Under the pieces are notes generated by a model that was not told the DNA's origin, searched no databases, and saw only the letters and a list, made by a program, of their open reading frames with translations. Positions 8,963 through 17,188 of a stretch of DNA of 64,000 bases are shown piece by piece (the stretch's first letter is position 1; each line of letters starts with the position of its first letter). Source of the stretch: an uncultured Ignavibacteriales bacterium. GTDB lineage: Bacteria > Zixibacteria > MSB-5A5 > GN15 > FEB-12. Location of the stretch: the NCBI GenBank assembly GCA_964396245.1, contig CAYNEO010000014.1, positions 4,315 through 68,314 on the forward strand, in the 5' to 3' direction. The translations under genes and the position numbers were made by a program.

Positions 8963-9373
8963 ATGGAACCAATCGGCATCAACTATCTGTCGGTACTCGT
9001 TGCCGGCGTAGCCTACATGGTTCTCGGCGCCATCTGGTATTCGTCGGCCATATTCGGGAAAGCCTGGATGAAAGGGATAGGCAAAACCAAAGAACAGGTT
9101 ACCCGGAACTTTTCCGTGGTGAGCTATATCTGGACTTTGATCGCCTCGTTCGTACTGGCTTACGGCGTCGCCCGGATCATGCTCTGGCACGGCACGACGA
9201 CTATCGGCGGCGGCGTGCTTGTCGGCGTGCTGGTCGGCGTCTGTTTCGTCCTCACCACGTTCAGCATCAACGACAGCTTCGAGCGCCGGCCCCTGGGCCT
9301 GACCATTGGAAATATCCTCTATCACATGATCGGACTGGTCATAGTCGGAATAATCATCGCTGCCTGGAAATAA
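8963..9373 (+). CDS. DUF1761-family membrane protein
   Basis: 136 aa. N-terminus INYLSVLVAGVAYMVLGAIWYSSAIFGKAWMKGIG is typical of DUF1761. Four hydrophobic helices. RBS AGGAGG. Confidence 0.85.
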   Translation: MEPIGINYLSVLVAGVAYMVLGAIWYSSAIFGKAWMKGIGKTKEQVTRNFSVVSYIWTLIASFVLAYGVARIMLWHGTTTIGGGVLVGVLVGVCFVLTTFSINDSFERRPLGLTIGNILYHMIGLVIVGIIIAAWK

Positions 9374-9396
9374 AGGCGGCCGACCGGAAAGTGAAC

Positions 9397-9422
9397 GGCT
9401 GTCGGGCCTTTACCCGACAGCC
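9397..9422. terminator. GC-rich hairpin between convergent genes (possible bidirectional terminator)
   Basis: GGCTGTCGGG-ccttta-CCCGACAGCC: a perfect 10-bp stem. It lies between the DUF1761 stop (9373) and the kinase stop (9468). No clear U-tract. Confidence 0.45.
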
Positions 9423-9467
9423 GCAGCATAAGACGAACTTGTCTTAATCCGCTATCGGTCTTGATGG

Positions 9468-12400
9468 CTATAACTGGAAATAGAAGGTGGCGCCTTTTTC
9501 CACTTCACCTTCCGCCCACACGCGTCCGCCGTGAAGGTCGATAATTCGCTGCACCAGCGGCAGACCGACACCCGTGCCGGGGAAATCGGTTACCGAGTGC
9601 AGCCGCTGGAACGGCAGGAACAGCTTCTCGGAGAACTTCATGTCAAATCCCGCACCGTCATCCCGGACAAAAAACGTCGTGCTCCCGTCGACCTGCGTTC
9701 GGCCGAACTCAATCCGGGCGGTCGGGTGTTTCGAGGTAAACTTCCACGAATTGCGGAAAAGATTCTCGATGACAAGGTTGAGGAGCAGCCGGTCGCCGTG
9801 TGCCGTCATCCCGTCTTCGATAACGAACGTGACGTCCCGCTCCGGCTCCGAGTCCTCAATCGTTTCGGCTATATCATGCGCCATCGCGGTAAGGTCAATA
9901 TCCTCGCGATTGACCGCCGCCCGTGACACACGGGACAGTTGCAGCAGGTCGTCAATGAGCTGTGCCATCCTTTCACTGGCCGCGCGAACTCGATTGAGAT
10001 AATCCCGGCCGTCTTCATCGAGCCTGTCGCCGTAATCCTCGAGCAGCGCCAGGCTGAAACCGTTGATGCTGCGGAGGGGCGCGCGCAGGTCATGAGACAC
10101 TGAATAGCTGAAAGCCTCCAGCTCCTTGTTGGTTTCCGCCAGCCGTGCGGCATGCCGCGCAAGCATCTCGTTCATGGCTTTCATGTCTTCTTCGGCATGC
10201 TTGCGATCCGTGATATCAATGGCGGCCGATGTCACGCCGATGACCTCCCCGTCCTGATCCCGCAGCGGTTCGGCGGTCAGGTCAAAATAGTGCATGCCGT
10301 CGGCAAGCCTCAGCGGTACTTCTTCTCTGATTCCCGCACCGGTGTCCAGCACCCGTTGTTTGGCTGTGGACCACTCCAATGCACCCTCGGCGGGATTCAC
10401 TTCCTCCATACGCCTTCCAAGCAATTTCCCCAGCTGGAGGTCTCTGGGTGCGTTGCTCACCCATGTATACCGAAGGTCGCAGTCAACCATGGCCACCGAG
10501 ATTTTGGAATTAGTGATGGCCACGCGGAACCTCTCCTCGGTTTCACGCAGCGCCCGTTCAGCCTGCTTCTGGGCGGTAATATTGCGGGCGGTAGTCGCAG
10601 CCGCCACAACCTGACCCTCTTTATTTTTGATAGGCGAGATGGTAAGGGATACCAGAATACGTTCGCCGTTCTTGCGGACACGGATGGTCTCGAATTGTTC
10701 GATTCTCTCCCCGCGCTCCAGTTTCGCGACAATTTCGTCCTCCTCATCCTCCTTGTCAGGGGGTATCATGACCGTTATCGGCTGACCGATAATCTCTCCT
10801 GCCGAATAGCCGTACATTCGTTCGGCGCCCGGATTCCACGTGCTGATTGTGCCGTCGATGGCCTTGGTGATCATGGCATCGGACGACGACTCGACAATCG
10901 CCGCCAGACGGGACTTCGAATCAAAAGCGACTTTCTGGTCGGTAGTATCGTAGATCATGCCGACCATACGTATCACCCGGCCGTCGTGGTCACGTACGAC
11001 GTCCCCAATTTCCTCTACCCAGCGAACCGTACCGTCGGGCCACACCACCCGATGCTCTTCCTTATAGTGATGTCCTTCGCTAACGCTGGCCTCCACCGCT
11101 TTTGTAATGCGCGGTTGGTCTTCAGGGTGCACGGTGTCGAAAAAGGTCTGGGCAGCGGTTTCTCGTATGTCTGGCGGCACTCCCAGTATGAGCGGCACTT
11201 CCTCGGACCAGATCAACCGGTCGTTGATAATATCCCAGTCCCAGGCGCCGATATTCGCCAGCCTCTGCGCGAGCTTAAGCCGCTCTTCACCCTTTTGAAC
11301 TTCTTCCTGTGCCCTCTTTCGTTCCGTGATGTCGACATTGACGGCTACCGCCCCGACTATATTCTCCTCGGCATCGCGAATAGGCAGTGCGTAGTTGAGG
11401 ATCGTCTTCCGCTTTCCGTCGAACGTCTCAATTTCGACTTCTTCCGCCTCGCTTTCTTCGCCTCTCGCTATAGCGCGCGCAAGTCCCCACTCATGAGCCT
11501 CGACTTGACGGCCGGTGTCGGGCCAGAAGGCCTTGTAAGTGCCATAGGACTCCGGCGAGTCCACCATCGGCGTCTCTCCTCCCCAGATCGCGCTCGCAGC
11601 GGGATTGGCCTGAATCAGCTGCCCTCGGGCGTCTGCGATCAATACCGCTACCGGCAGAGCATTAAGGACCGCCTCGAGTCTCCGGCGTTCAAGGGCTACC
11701 TCCGCATGAATTTCTTCGAGTATCTTGTCGGCGCGGACTTCTTCGGTAACATCGAGCAGTGAAAACACGAGACCCTGCACTGTACCGTCGGCATCTTTTA
11801 CGGGTACCAGTGTCCAATCCCAATAGGTCGTGCCGCGTTCCGGTTGATCTATGTATTCGAACGGTTTCTTATGAAATTCCGCTTGCTCGCCGCTGTCACG
11901 AACCTTCGTGAAAATGGCTTCATTTGCCGGATCGGGGAAGAGTTCAAAATGGTTCCTGCCGATCAGTTCCTCCGCCGGCCGCCCGCACCCCTCGACATAC
12001 GCCGAATTGACCCCGACAAAGTTGAAATCCCGGTCAAGGTAGGCGAGTTGCGTGCGCGTGTTCTCCATGATGATATTCAGGATGTCACGCTCGCGCTGGA
12101 CGACGTCGGCCAGCTCCGCAGCCGCCTGTCGTTCCTCGACTAACTGGGCAAGCAGTTGCTCCCGTTCTTCTTCCGCTTGCTTGCGCTCGGTAATATCGAC
12201 ATTGGCGCCGATGTACGCTGTAATTCTTCCGGCATCATCTCTCACTGCCGTGGCGTATCCGGATATCCAGGTCACTTTACCGTCAGGAGTTATAAACCGA
12301 TATTCCTTGCCCCACTTGCCCTCCGATGCCACCATCTGATTCCATGCGCTGGAGACTTCCTCGCGATCATCGGGATGAAGCGCCGCAGACCACCCATCGC

Positions 12401-13856
12401 CCAAAGCTTGTTCGACCGTCATGCCCGCCATGGCACACCAGCGCTGATTGGCATACGTACACTGTCCCTTCTCATTGGTGAGATAGATGCCGACCGGGGC
12501 GACCTCTGCCAGCGTCCGGAACTGCGCTTCGCTGTTCTTGAGCGCGATTTCGTTGATTTTGCGTTCGGTTATGTCACGCTGATTCGAAATCAGGCATATC
12601 ATCCGTCCGTAGGCGTCATTGACGGCGGCCACGGAAGCTTCGGTGATGAAGACCGTGCCGTCTTTCGTGATATTATGCACCTCACCGTGCCAGGTACCAT
12701 GCTCTGCCAGGGCCGTCATGATTTCAGTCCGCGTTTTCTGCGCATCAGGTGCGTTGAGGGCTGCAACCTCCTTGCCGATCAGTTCGCCGCGACCATACCC
12801 GAACATCCGTTCAAAGGCCGGATTCGCATAGATGATCGAGCCCTCGGCGGAAACAATCGTCGTCCCGTCGTTACTGGTGTCGACGGCCTTTTGAAGAATC
12901 TCGCGCTGTTCTTCCGCCCGTTTCCGCTCGGTGACATCGTGGGTGATCCCGAGTATCTGCCGTATCCCGCCATGACCATCGAGAACCGGTACGTAGGACG
13001 CGATAAATGTGTACGTGCCTGATTTCAGGGGCATGGTGCACTCGCCGCTTTGCGGCTGCCGGGTTTCGACCGACTTGATCAACAGTGGGAGAAAAGACCC
13101 GGTCACGTCAGGCGGCAGGATCTCCTCATCCCTCCGGCCGACAATGTCATTCGGTGAGAGCCCCATCAATGCGGCGCCGTAGGAGTTGATATACTGTATT
13201 CGGCGGTCGGCATCATAAAGCACAAACGTCGCCGGGTAATGATCCACCGCCAATCTAAACTGTTGCTGACTTTGCTGAAGGCCCTCGAGGGCCTCCGCCA
13301 GCTCCGCCGTGCGCTCATGCACCCGCATCTCCAGTTCATCGTTCACCTTCTTCAGGGCGGCCTCGGCGCGCTTTTTTCCCTCGATATCGCTACTGGTACC
13401 GAACCAGTTGGTGATATTGCCTGAAGCGTCCAGCTGCGGTTCGGCGCGCGCCACGAACCACCGGTAGCTCCCGTCCGCCATCCGGTAACGCACCTCAACT
13501 TCGTAGTCTTTTCCCTCGCTCAGGGATTCCTGCCATCTTTTCAGACAGCGATCGACATCATCCGGGTGCAACACTTCCGCCCACGCTGTCCCGAGCGACT
13601 GTTCCCTGGTGCGACCGGTATTCTTGTACCAGACGTCGTTGAGGAACGTGATGTTCCCTTCCGGATCACCGATCCAGAGATAGGCAGGGACGGTGTTGGC
13701 AAGTCGAAGAAACAACTTGCCGGCATCGCACAGGTTCTCTTCGGACTCCTGCGTCAGCAGCGTACCTGTGTCTGTCACCCGTCGTTTCGGGATTGGCGCC
13801 GGCCGGTCCTTGCGGGAAGATCTGTTTCCAGTTTTCTTGCTCTTGCCACCGGACAT
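9468..13856 (-). CDS. multi-PAS sensor histidine kinase
   Basis: 1462 aa. About nine PAS/PAC modules, each ending in a D(I/V)TERK-like motif. HisKA H-box FSYSVSHDLRAPL. HATPase_c GTGVGLPLVQRIIDLHGG. RBS AGAGGAG. Confidence 0.95.
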   Translation of the reverse strand: MSGGKSKKTGNRSSRKDRPAPIPKRRVTDTGTLLTQESEENLCDAGKLFLRLANTVPAYLWIGDPEGNITFLNDVWYKNTGRTREQSLGTAWAEVLHPDDVDRCLKRWQESLSEGKDYEVEVRYRMADGSYRWFVARAEPQLDASGNITNWFGTSSDIEGKKRAEAALKKVNDELEMRVHERTAELAEALEGLQQSQQQFRLAVDHYPATFVLYDADRRIQYINSYGAALMGLSPNDIVGRRDEEILPPDVTGSFLPLLIKSVETRQPQSGECTMPLKSGTYTFIASYVPVLDGHGGIRQILGITHDVTERKRAEEQREILQKAVDTSNDGTTIVSAEGSIIYANPAFERMFGYGRGELIGKEVAALNAPDAQKTRTEIMTALAEHGTWHGEVHNITKDGTVFITEASVAAVNDAYGRMICLISNQRDITERKINEIALKNSEAQFRTLAEVAPVGIYLTNEKGQCTYANQRWCAMAGMTVEQALGDGWSAALHPDDREEVSSAWNQMVASEGKWGKEYRFITPDGKVTWISGYATAVRDDAGRITAYIGANVDITERKQAEEEREQLLAQLVEERQAAAELADVVQRERDILNIIMENTRTQLAYLDRDFNFVGVNSAYVEGCGRPAEELIGRNHFELFPDPANEAIFTKVRDSGEQAEFHKKPFEYIDQPERGTTYWDWTLVPVKDADGTVQGLVFSLLDVTEEVRADKILEEIHAEVALERRRLEAVLNALPVAVLIADARGQLIQANPAASAIWGGETPMVDSPESYGTYKAFWPDTGRQVEAHEWGLARAIARGEESEAEEVEIETFDGKRKTILNYALPIRDAEENIVGAVAVNVDITERKRAQEEVQKGEERLKLAQRLANIGAWDWDIINDRLIWSEEVPLILGVPPDIRETAAQTFFDTVHPEDQPRITKAVEASVSEGHHYKEEHRVVWPDGTVRWVEEIGDVVRDHDGRVIRMVGMIYDTTDQKVAFDSKSRLAAIVESSSDAMITKAIDGTISTWNPGAERMYGYSAGEIIGQPITVMIPPDKEDEEDEIVAKLERGERIEQFETIRVRKNGERILVSLTISPIKNKEGQVVAAATTARNITAQKQAERALRETEERFRVAITNSKISVAMVDCDLRYTWVSNAPRDLQLGKLLGRRMEEVNPAEGALEWSTAKQRVLDTGAGIREEVPLRLADGMHYFDLTAEPLRDQDGEVIGVTSAAIDITDRKHAEEDMKAMNEMLARHAARLAETNKELEAFSYSVSHDLRAPLRSINGFSLALLEDYGDRLDEDGRDYLNRVRAASERMAQLIDDLLQLSRVSRAAVNREDIDLTAMAHDIAETIEDSEPERDVTFVIEDGMTAHGDRLLLNLVIENLFRNSWKFTSKHPTARIEFGRTQVDGSTTFFVRDDGAGFDMKFSEKLFLPFQRLHSVTDFPGTGVGLPLVQRIIDLHGGRVWAEGEVEKGATFYFQL

Positions 13857-13910
13857 GGAAACTCCTCTTGTGCGAGTCTATGGGCAGTAATCAGTGTTAT
13901 CTAATCTTAT

Positions 13911-13939
13911 ATGATAGCAGGCGGGCGACGGTTCGGCAA
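13911..13939 (-). promoter_or_regulatory. candidate sigma-70-type promoter of the histidine kinase gene
   Basis: Reverse strand reads TTGCCG, 17-nt spacer, TATCAT, about 55 nt upstream of ATG 13856. Confidence 0.4.
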
Positions 13940-13976
13940 CCGTCATATTCTTCATAATGGTATGGGTAAAACTGCA

Positions 13977-14966
13977 TTACAGTGCGGACAGGATAGCGTC
14001 GGCGACCCCTAATCCCGACAGTGCGGCTCCTTCCAGCTTCTCACCGGTGAATCCGTCGCCGGCGAGAGCTATCAGCCCGGGCGCCTTGCATAAGACAAAC
14101 GGCTCCGGATAGTTTGTCACCGGTTGGCTGTACCGCCACCGGTGGAGCTGCGTCTTCTGCGGCTCGGCCGTGACTATCTGACCCACGGAGTCTATCATCA
14201 TCCGCACGATCTGTTCGTCGGCCGTACCCCACTGGGCATCGCTGAACTCCGGGTTTGCAAGCAATGTCAGTGCGCCGGGCTGACCCGATACCCCCTTGGT
14301 GTGATTATCTGCCAGCCAGTCAACGCTGTCGCTGTCGGGGTAGTCACCGCCCGGTGAGGGAATCTCCACCGAGTCGTCAAAACCGGCAAGAAGGGCGATA
14401 CACCGTTCATATCTGATGTTCCGCAGTTGTCCGGAGACGTCGTCGGGAAGATCAATGTGATTGTTTTGAAGCAGCGCCGTCGTCTGTGGCATCGGCGCCG
14501 TAATAATGATTGAGTCGGATGCGAATGTCCTCCCGTCCTCGGTACTGATCTTCCAGCCGTCGTCCTCGGCCGACACCGATACCACCGTACTGCTCAGCCG
14601 GACGTCGAGCCCCGTTGCCAGGTATTTCGGGATGGCCGTCATGCCTCCGACACCGCAGTAAAAACCGTCCGGTGCATCGCTTCCCGGACTCTGGTGGCGT
14701 GCGAAACTCTGACACCATAGTCGCGCGACACCGGCCTCGACCCACGCCTTCACGAACGCTTTGAACTCCGGGTTTCTCGCGGTGAATGACTGCGCGCCGT
14801 GATCGAACTGCCACGACCCGACCCGGCGCGTGGCCATCCGGCCGCCGACACCGCGGCCCTTGTCGAGCACAAGGACACTGGCGCCGCTTTCGTTGAGTTT
14901 CTTGGCGGCCATCAGCCCGGCTATGCCGGCCCCGACGATCACACACCTGTATCTGTCAGATTTCAT
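13977..14966 (-). CDS. NAD(P)/FAD-dependent oxidoreductase (renalase-like, COG3380 type)
   Basis: ORF 13977..15125 trimmed to MKSDRYRCVIVGAGIAGL (Rossmann GxGxxG near the N-terminus). DKGRGVGGRMATRR...FDHGAQSF pattern. ATG 14987 is an alternative start. Confidence 0.88.
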   Translation of the reverse strand: MKSDRYRCVIVGAGIAGLMAAKKLNESGASVLVLDKGRGVGGRMATRRVGSWQFDHGAQSFTARNPEFKAFVKAWVEAGVARLWCQSFARHQSPGSDAPDGFYCGVGGMTAIPKYLATGLDVRLSSTVVSVSAEDDGWKISTEDGRTFASDSIIITAPMPQTTALLQNNHIDLPDDVSGQLRNIRYERCIALLAGFDDSVEIPSPGGDYPDSDSVDWLADNHTKGVSGQPGALTLLANPEFSDAQWGTADEQIVRMMIDSVGQIVTAEPQKTQLHRWRYSQPVTNYPEPFVLCKAPGLIALAGDGFTGEKLEGAALSGLGVADAILSAL

Positions 14967-15253
14967 TTCGGCAATCGATCCGGTCATGAGATTGTGGCGG
15001 GCCGGAAAAATCTCCCGCCTTTTATTCGTAACACCAACGCCGGATTGCGGTTCCACCTTACACACAACGACACCGCGTGTCCCGTCGATAAGGTGTAAGT
15101 CTCTACGCGGATCCCCGAGAACCATCGGTCACCCGTAACGTTGGTAATAGATAAAGAATTCTCCCTTGTCAGATCATCTATCACCACCCAATATCGCAGC
15201 CTCTCATCGACCAACGGCAATGGAGACGAACAGAACGGAATAAGGGAAAAAGC

Positions 15254-15949
15254 ATGCCCCAATGGCTGACAATCATCGCCATCATTTCTTTGATCGCCGG
15301 CGCGCTTTCGGCGATAGTCATTATTATCGATCTGCTCAACGGCAACAAACAGCACATGTGGATTATGAACCTGGTCTGGCCGATTACCGGACTCTGGGCG
15401 GGTCCGCCCGCAGTCTGGGCCTACTACCGCTACGGACGCGCGGCGAGGCACAAAGTGGTGATGGCTGCGAAGAAGTCGGGGGAGAAGCCGCCCTCCATGA
15501 AACAGCCCTTCGCGGTGGCGGTCGCCAAAGGCGCGTTACACTGCGGCTCCGGCTGTACGCTCGGAGATATCATCGCCGAATGGTTTGCGGTCGCCGTGCC
15601 GTTGGTTTTGTTCGGCCGCCTCATATTCGGCTCGTGGGTCTATGACTATGCGTTTGCTTACGTGCTCGGCATTATCTTTCAGTATTTCACCATCAAGCCG
15701 ATGAGAAACCTGACCGTCGGCAAAGGGTTCGTCGCCGCTGTCAAAGCCGATACACTCTCGCTCACCTCGTGGCAGGTCGGCATGTACGGCTGGATGGCGA
15801 TTGCCACCTTTGCGATATTCGGAGTCGAACTGCACAAAACCGACCCGGTCTTCTGGTTTATGATGCAGATCGCGATGTATTTCGGCTTTCTGACCGCCTA
15901 TCCCACCAACTGGTGGCTCTTGCGCCGGGGTATAAAGGAACGGATGTAG
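15254..15949 (+). CDS. DUF4396-family membrane protein
   Basis: 231 aa polytopic membrane protein. The HCGSGCTLGD motif and overall layout match DUF4396 from memory. Confidence 0.85.
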   Translation: MPQWLTIIAIISLIAGALSAIVIIIDLLNGNKQHMWIMNLVWPITGLWAGPPAVWAYYRYGRAARHKVVMAAKKSGEKPPSMKQPFAVAVAKGALHCGSGCTLGDIIAEWFAVAVPLVLFGRLIFGSWVYDYAFAYVLGIIFQYFTIKPMRNLTVGKGFVAAVKADTLSLTSWQVGMYGWMAIATFAIFGVELHKTDPVFWFMMQIAMYFGFLTAYPTNWWLLRRGIKERM

Positions 15950-16022
15950 CTTCCGTATCGCATCAGGAGAAGCCTGACTCATCCCCCCGCTGCAAAGTCA
16001 CATTGGTGGCAATATTCTGTCC

Positions 16023-16637
16023 TCAAAGAATGGCCACGCGCTTGATATCAGCCACCGATGTCTTGGTCGTGCGGGCGTTGTGCTGGCCGACCAGGTGCCA
16101 GCTCTTCTGGAACCGCAGCGACGGACGGTCGATATCGATGTCCTCCTGCTTCGGACCGCGCGACTTGGTGGTAACGCGGACTTTCCTGTCGCAGACGATA
16201 GCGCCGTTGATCAGTACCGATGATACCAGGCTGCTGAAATCGCCCGACTCAGGAATTGTCTCCATCTGGTGCTTGAATGACCGGATGATGTCCTCCACGG
16301 GAAAGGGCTGGGCGACGATGATCTTCTGGACCAGGGCGTCGATGTCCTGTTTGTAGTCGCCGTTGACCCTGGCGCCCAGGACCTTCAATGCAATGACCAG
16401 GATAAGGGCTTCATTGATCTGCAGACTGTCGACTGATGCGGCGTGCTCGGTGTTCAACCGGTAAGCCCTGAGGTTCTTATCGTAGTATACGGGAATATTG
16501 GCTTCGGAGAGCGTGTTCAGGTAACGGTAGATAGTTCGTTCAGGGATGTCGCACGTTTGCTTGATCGTCTCAAGTGTGACATATCGCCGATTATTCAACA
16601 GGCTGATCAAAAGCAGGATTCGGTCTATGGCACTCAT
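16023..16637 (-). CDS. HTH (HTH_11/YafY-type) + WYL-like domain transcriptional regulator
   Basis: 204 aa. N-terminal wHTH RYVTLETIKQTCDIPERTIYRYLNTL. C-terminal KVRVTTKSRGPKQEDIDIDRPSLRFQKSWHLVGQH...SVADIKRVAIL matches the WYL-domain pattern (WYL replaced by WHL). It lacks the usual C-terminal extension. Confidence 0.85.
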   Translation of the reverse strand: MSAIDRILLLISLLNNRRYVTLETIKQTCDIPERTIYRYLNTLSEANIPVYYDKNLRAYRLNTEHAASVDSLQINEALILVIALKVLGARVNGDYKQDIDALVQKIIVAQPFPVEDIIRSFKHQMETIPESGDFSSLVSSVLINGAIVCDRKVRVTTKSRGPKQEDIDIDRPSLRFQKSWHLVGQHNARTTKTSVADIKRVAIL

Positions 16638-16649
16638 AATAGTGATTCA

Positions 16650-16671
16650 GGAGGGGGAGTGACCCCCCTCC
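16650..16671 (-). promoter_or_regulatory. 8-bp G/C hairpin between the small ORF and the WYL regulator
   Basis: GGAGGGGG-(6 nt)-CCCCCTCC: a perfect stem. On the mRNA strand the 5' arm and the preceding GGAGGAGGA are the only SD-like sequences ahead of ATG 16637. They are paired with, or adjacent to, the CCCCCTCC arm. Confidence 0.5.
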
Positions 16672-16687
16672 ATCCTCCTCCTTTAGG

Positions 16688-16921
16688 TTAGATACTTAAG
16701 GTTGTGAGAGCGAGCATCTGAAAAAGAGTACCCGCATCGTAAGTGCTGCTGCCCGCGTCGACGGTGGTCATGGTCGTGTCCTGTGGCACGCCGGAAGGCG
16801 GGATAATCGGATATCCATCGGCATAACCTTGTGACGGGATGCCTATCATGAAGGCGGCGCCCAGCAGGGCGGTAAGCGCTACCGCCGTAATCAGTCTCGC
16901 GAACCGTGATCTTGTTTCCAT
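16688..16921 (-). CDS. small secreted hypothetical protein (77 aa)
   Basis: RBS GGAG 7 nt upstream of the ATG. METRSRFARLITAVALTALLGAAFMIG reads as a signal peptide. Mature part is P/T/G/D-rich with a hydrophobic C-terminus (TLFQMLALTTLSI). GC3-biased codons. No family recognised. Confidence 0.55.
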   Translation of the reverse strand: METRSRFARLITAVALTALLGAAFMIGIPSQGYADGYPIIPPSGVPQDTTMTTVDAGSSTYDAGTLFQMLALTTLSI

Positions 16922-17188
16922 TTTGCGCTCCTATGCGTCTGAAGTTTCCTTGGCAACGACGCGAGGAGCCATTACAAGCCATATGCCGTCGCTTTTACGG
17001 CACGATCACGGTGGCGTAACTTGTTTAGATTGAGTGTGTTAGCGAGGTCGGTGCAAGGCAGACCGGCGGGAAAACCGGCCGGAAAATCTGCCACCTCTTG
17101 GGATCAAAAAATTAATCCCGTGTGACACAGTATGTTATGAAATGGAATGGTTGCCGATTATGTGGCGCGGCGGTAAATCTGGACCGGC

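Noticed and set aside
10152-11762. 536-aa +strand ORF
   Set aside because: It is antisense to the PAS histidine kinase gene. It has no domains and a shadow-frame composition.
16839-17033. +strand 64-aa ORF, and minus-strand 99-aa ORF 16683..16982, overlapping the small secreted-peptide ORF
   Set aside because: Neither has an RBS or a signal-like feature. The 77-aa frame is preferred because of its GGAG RBS, signal peptide and codon bias.
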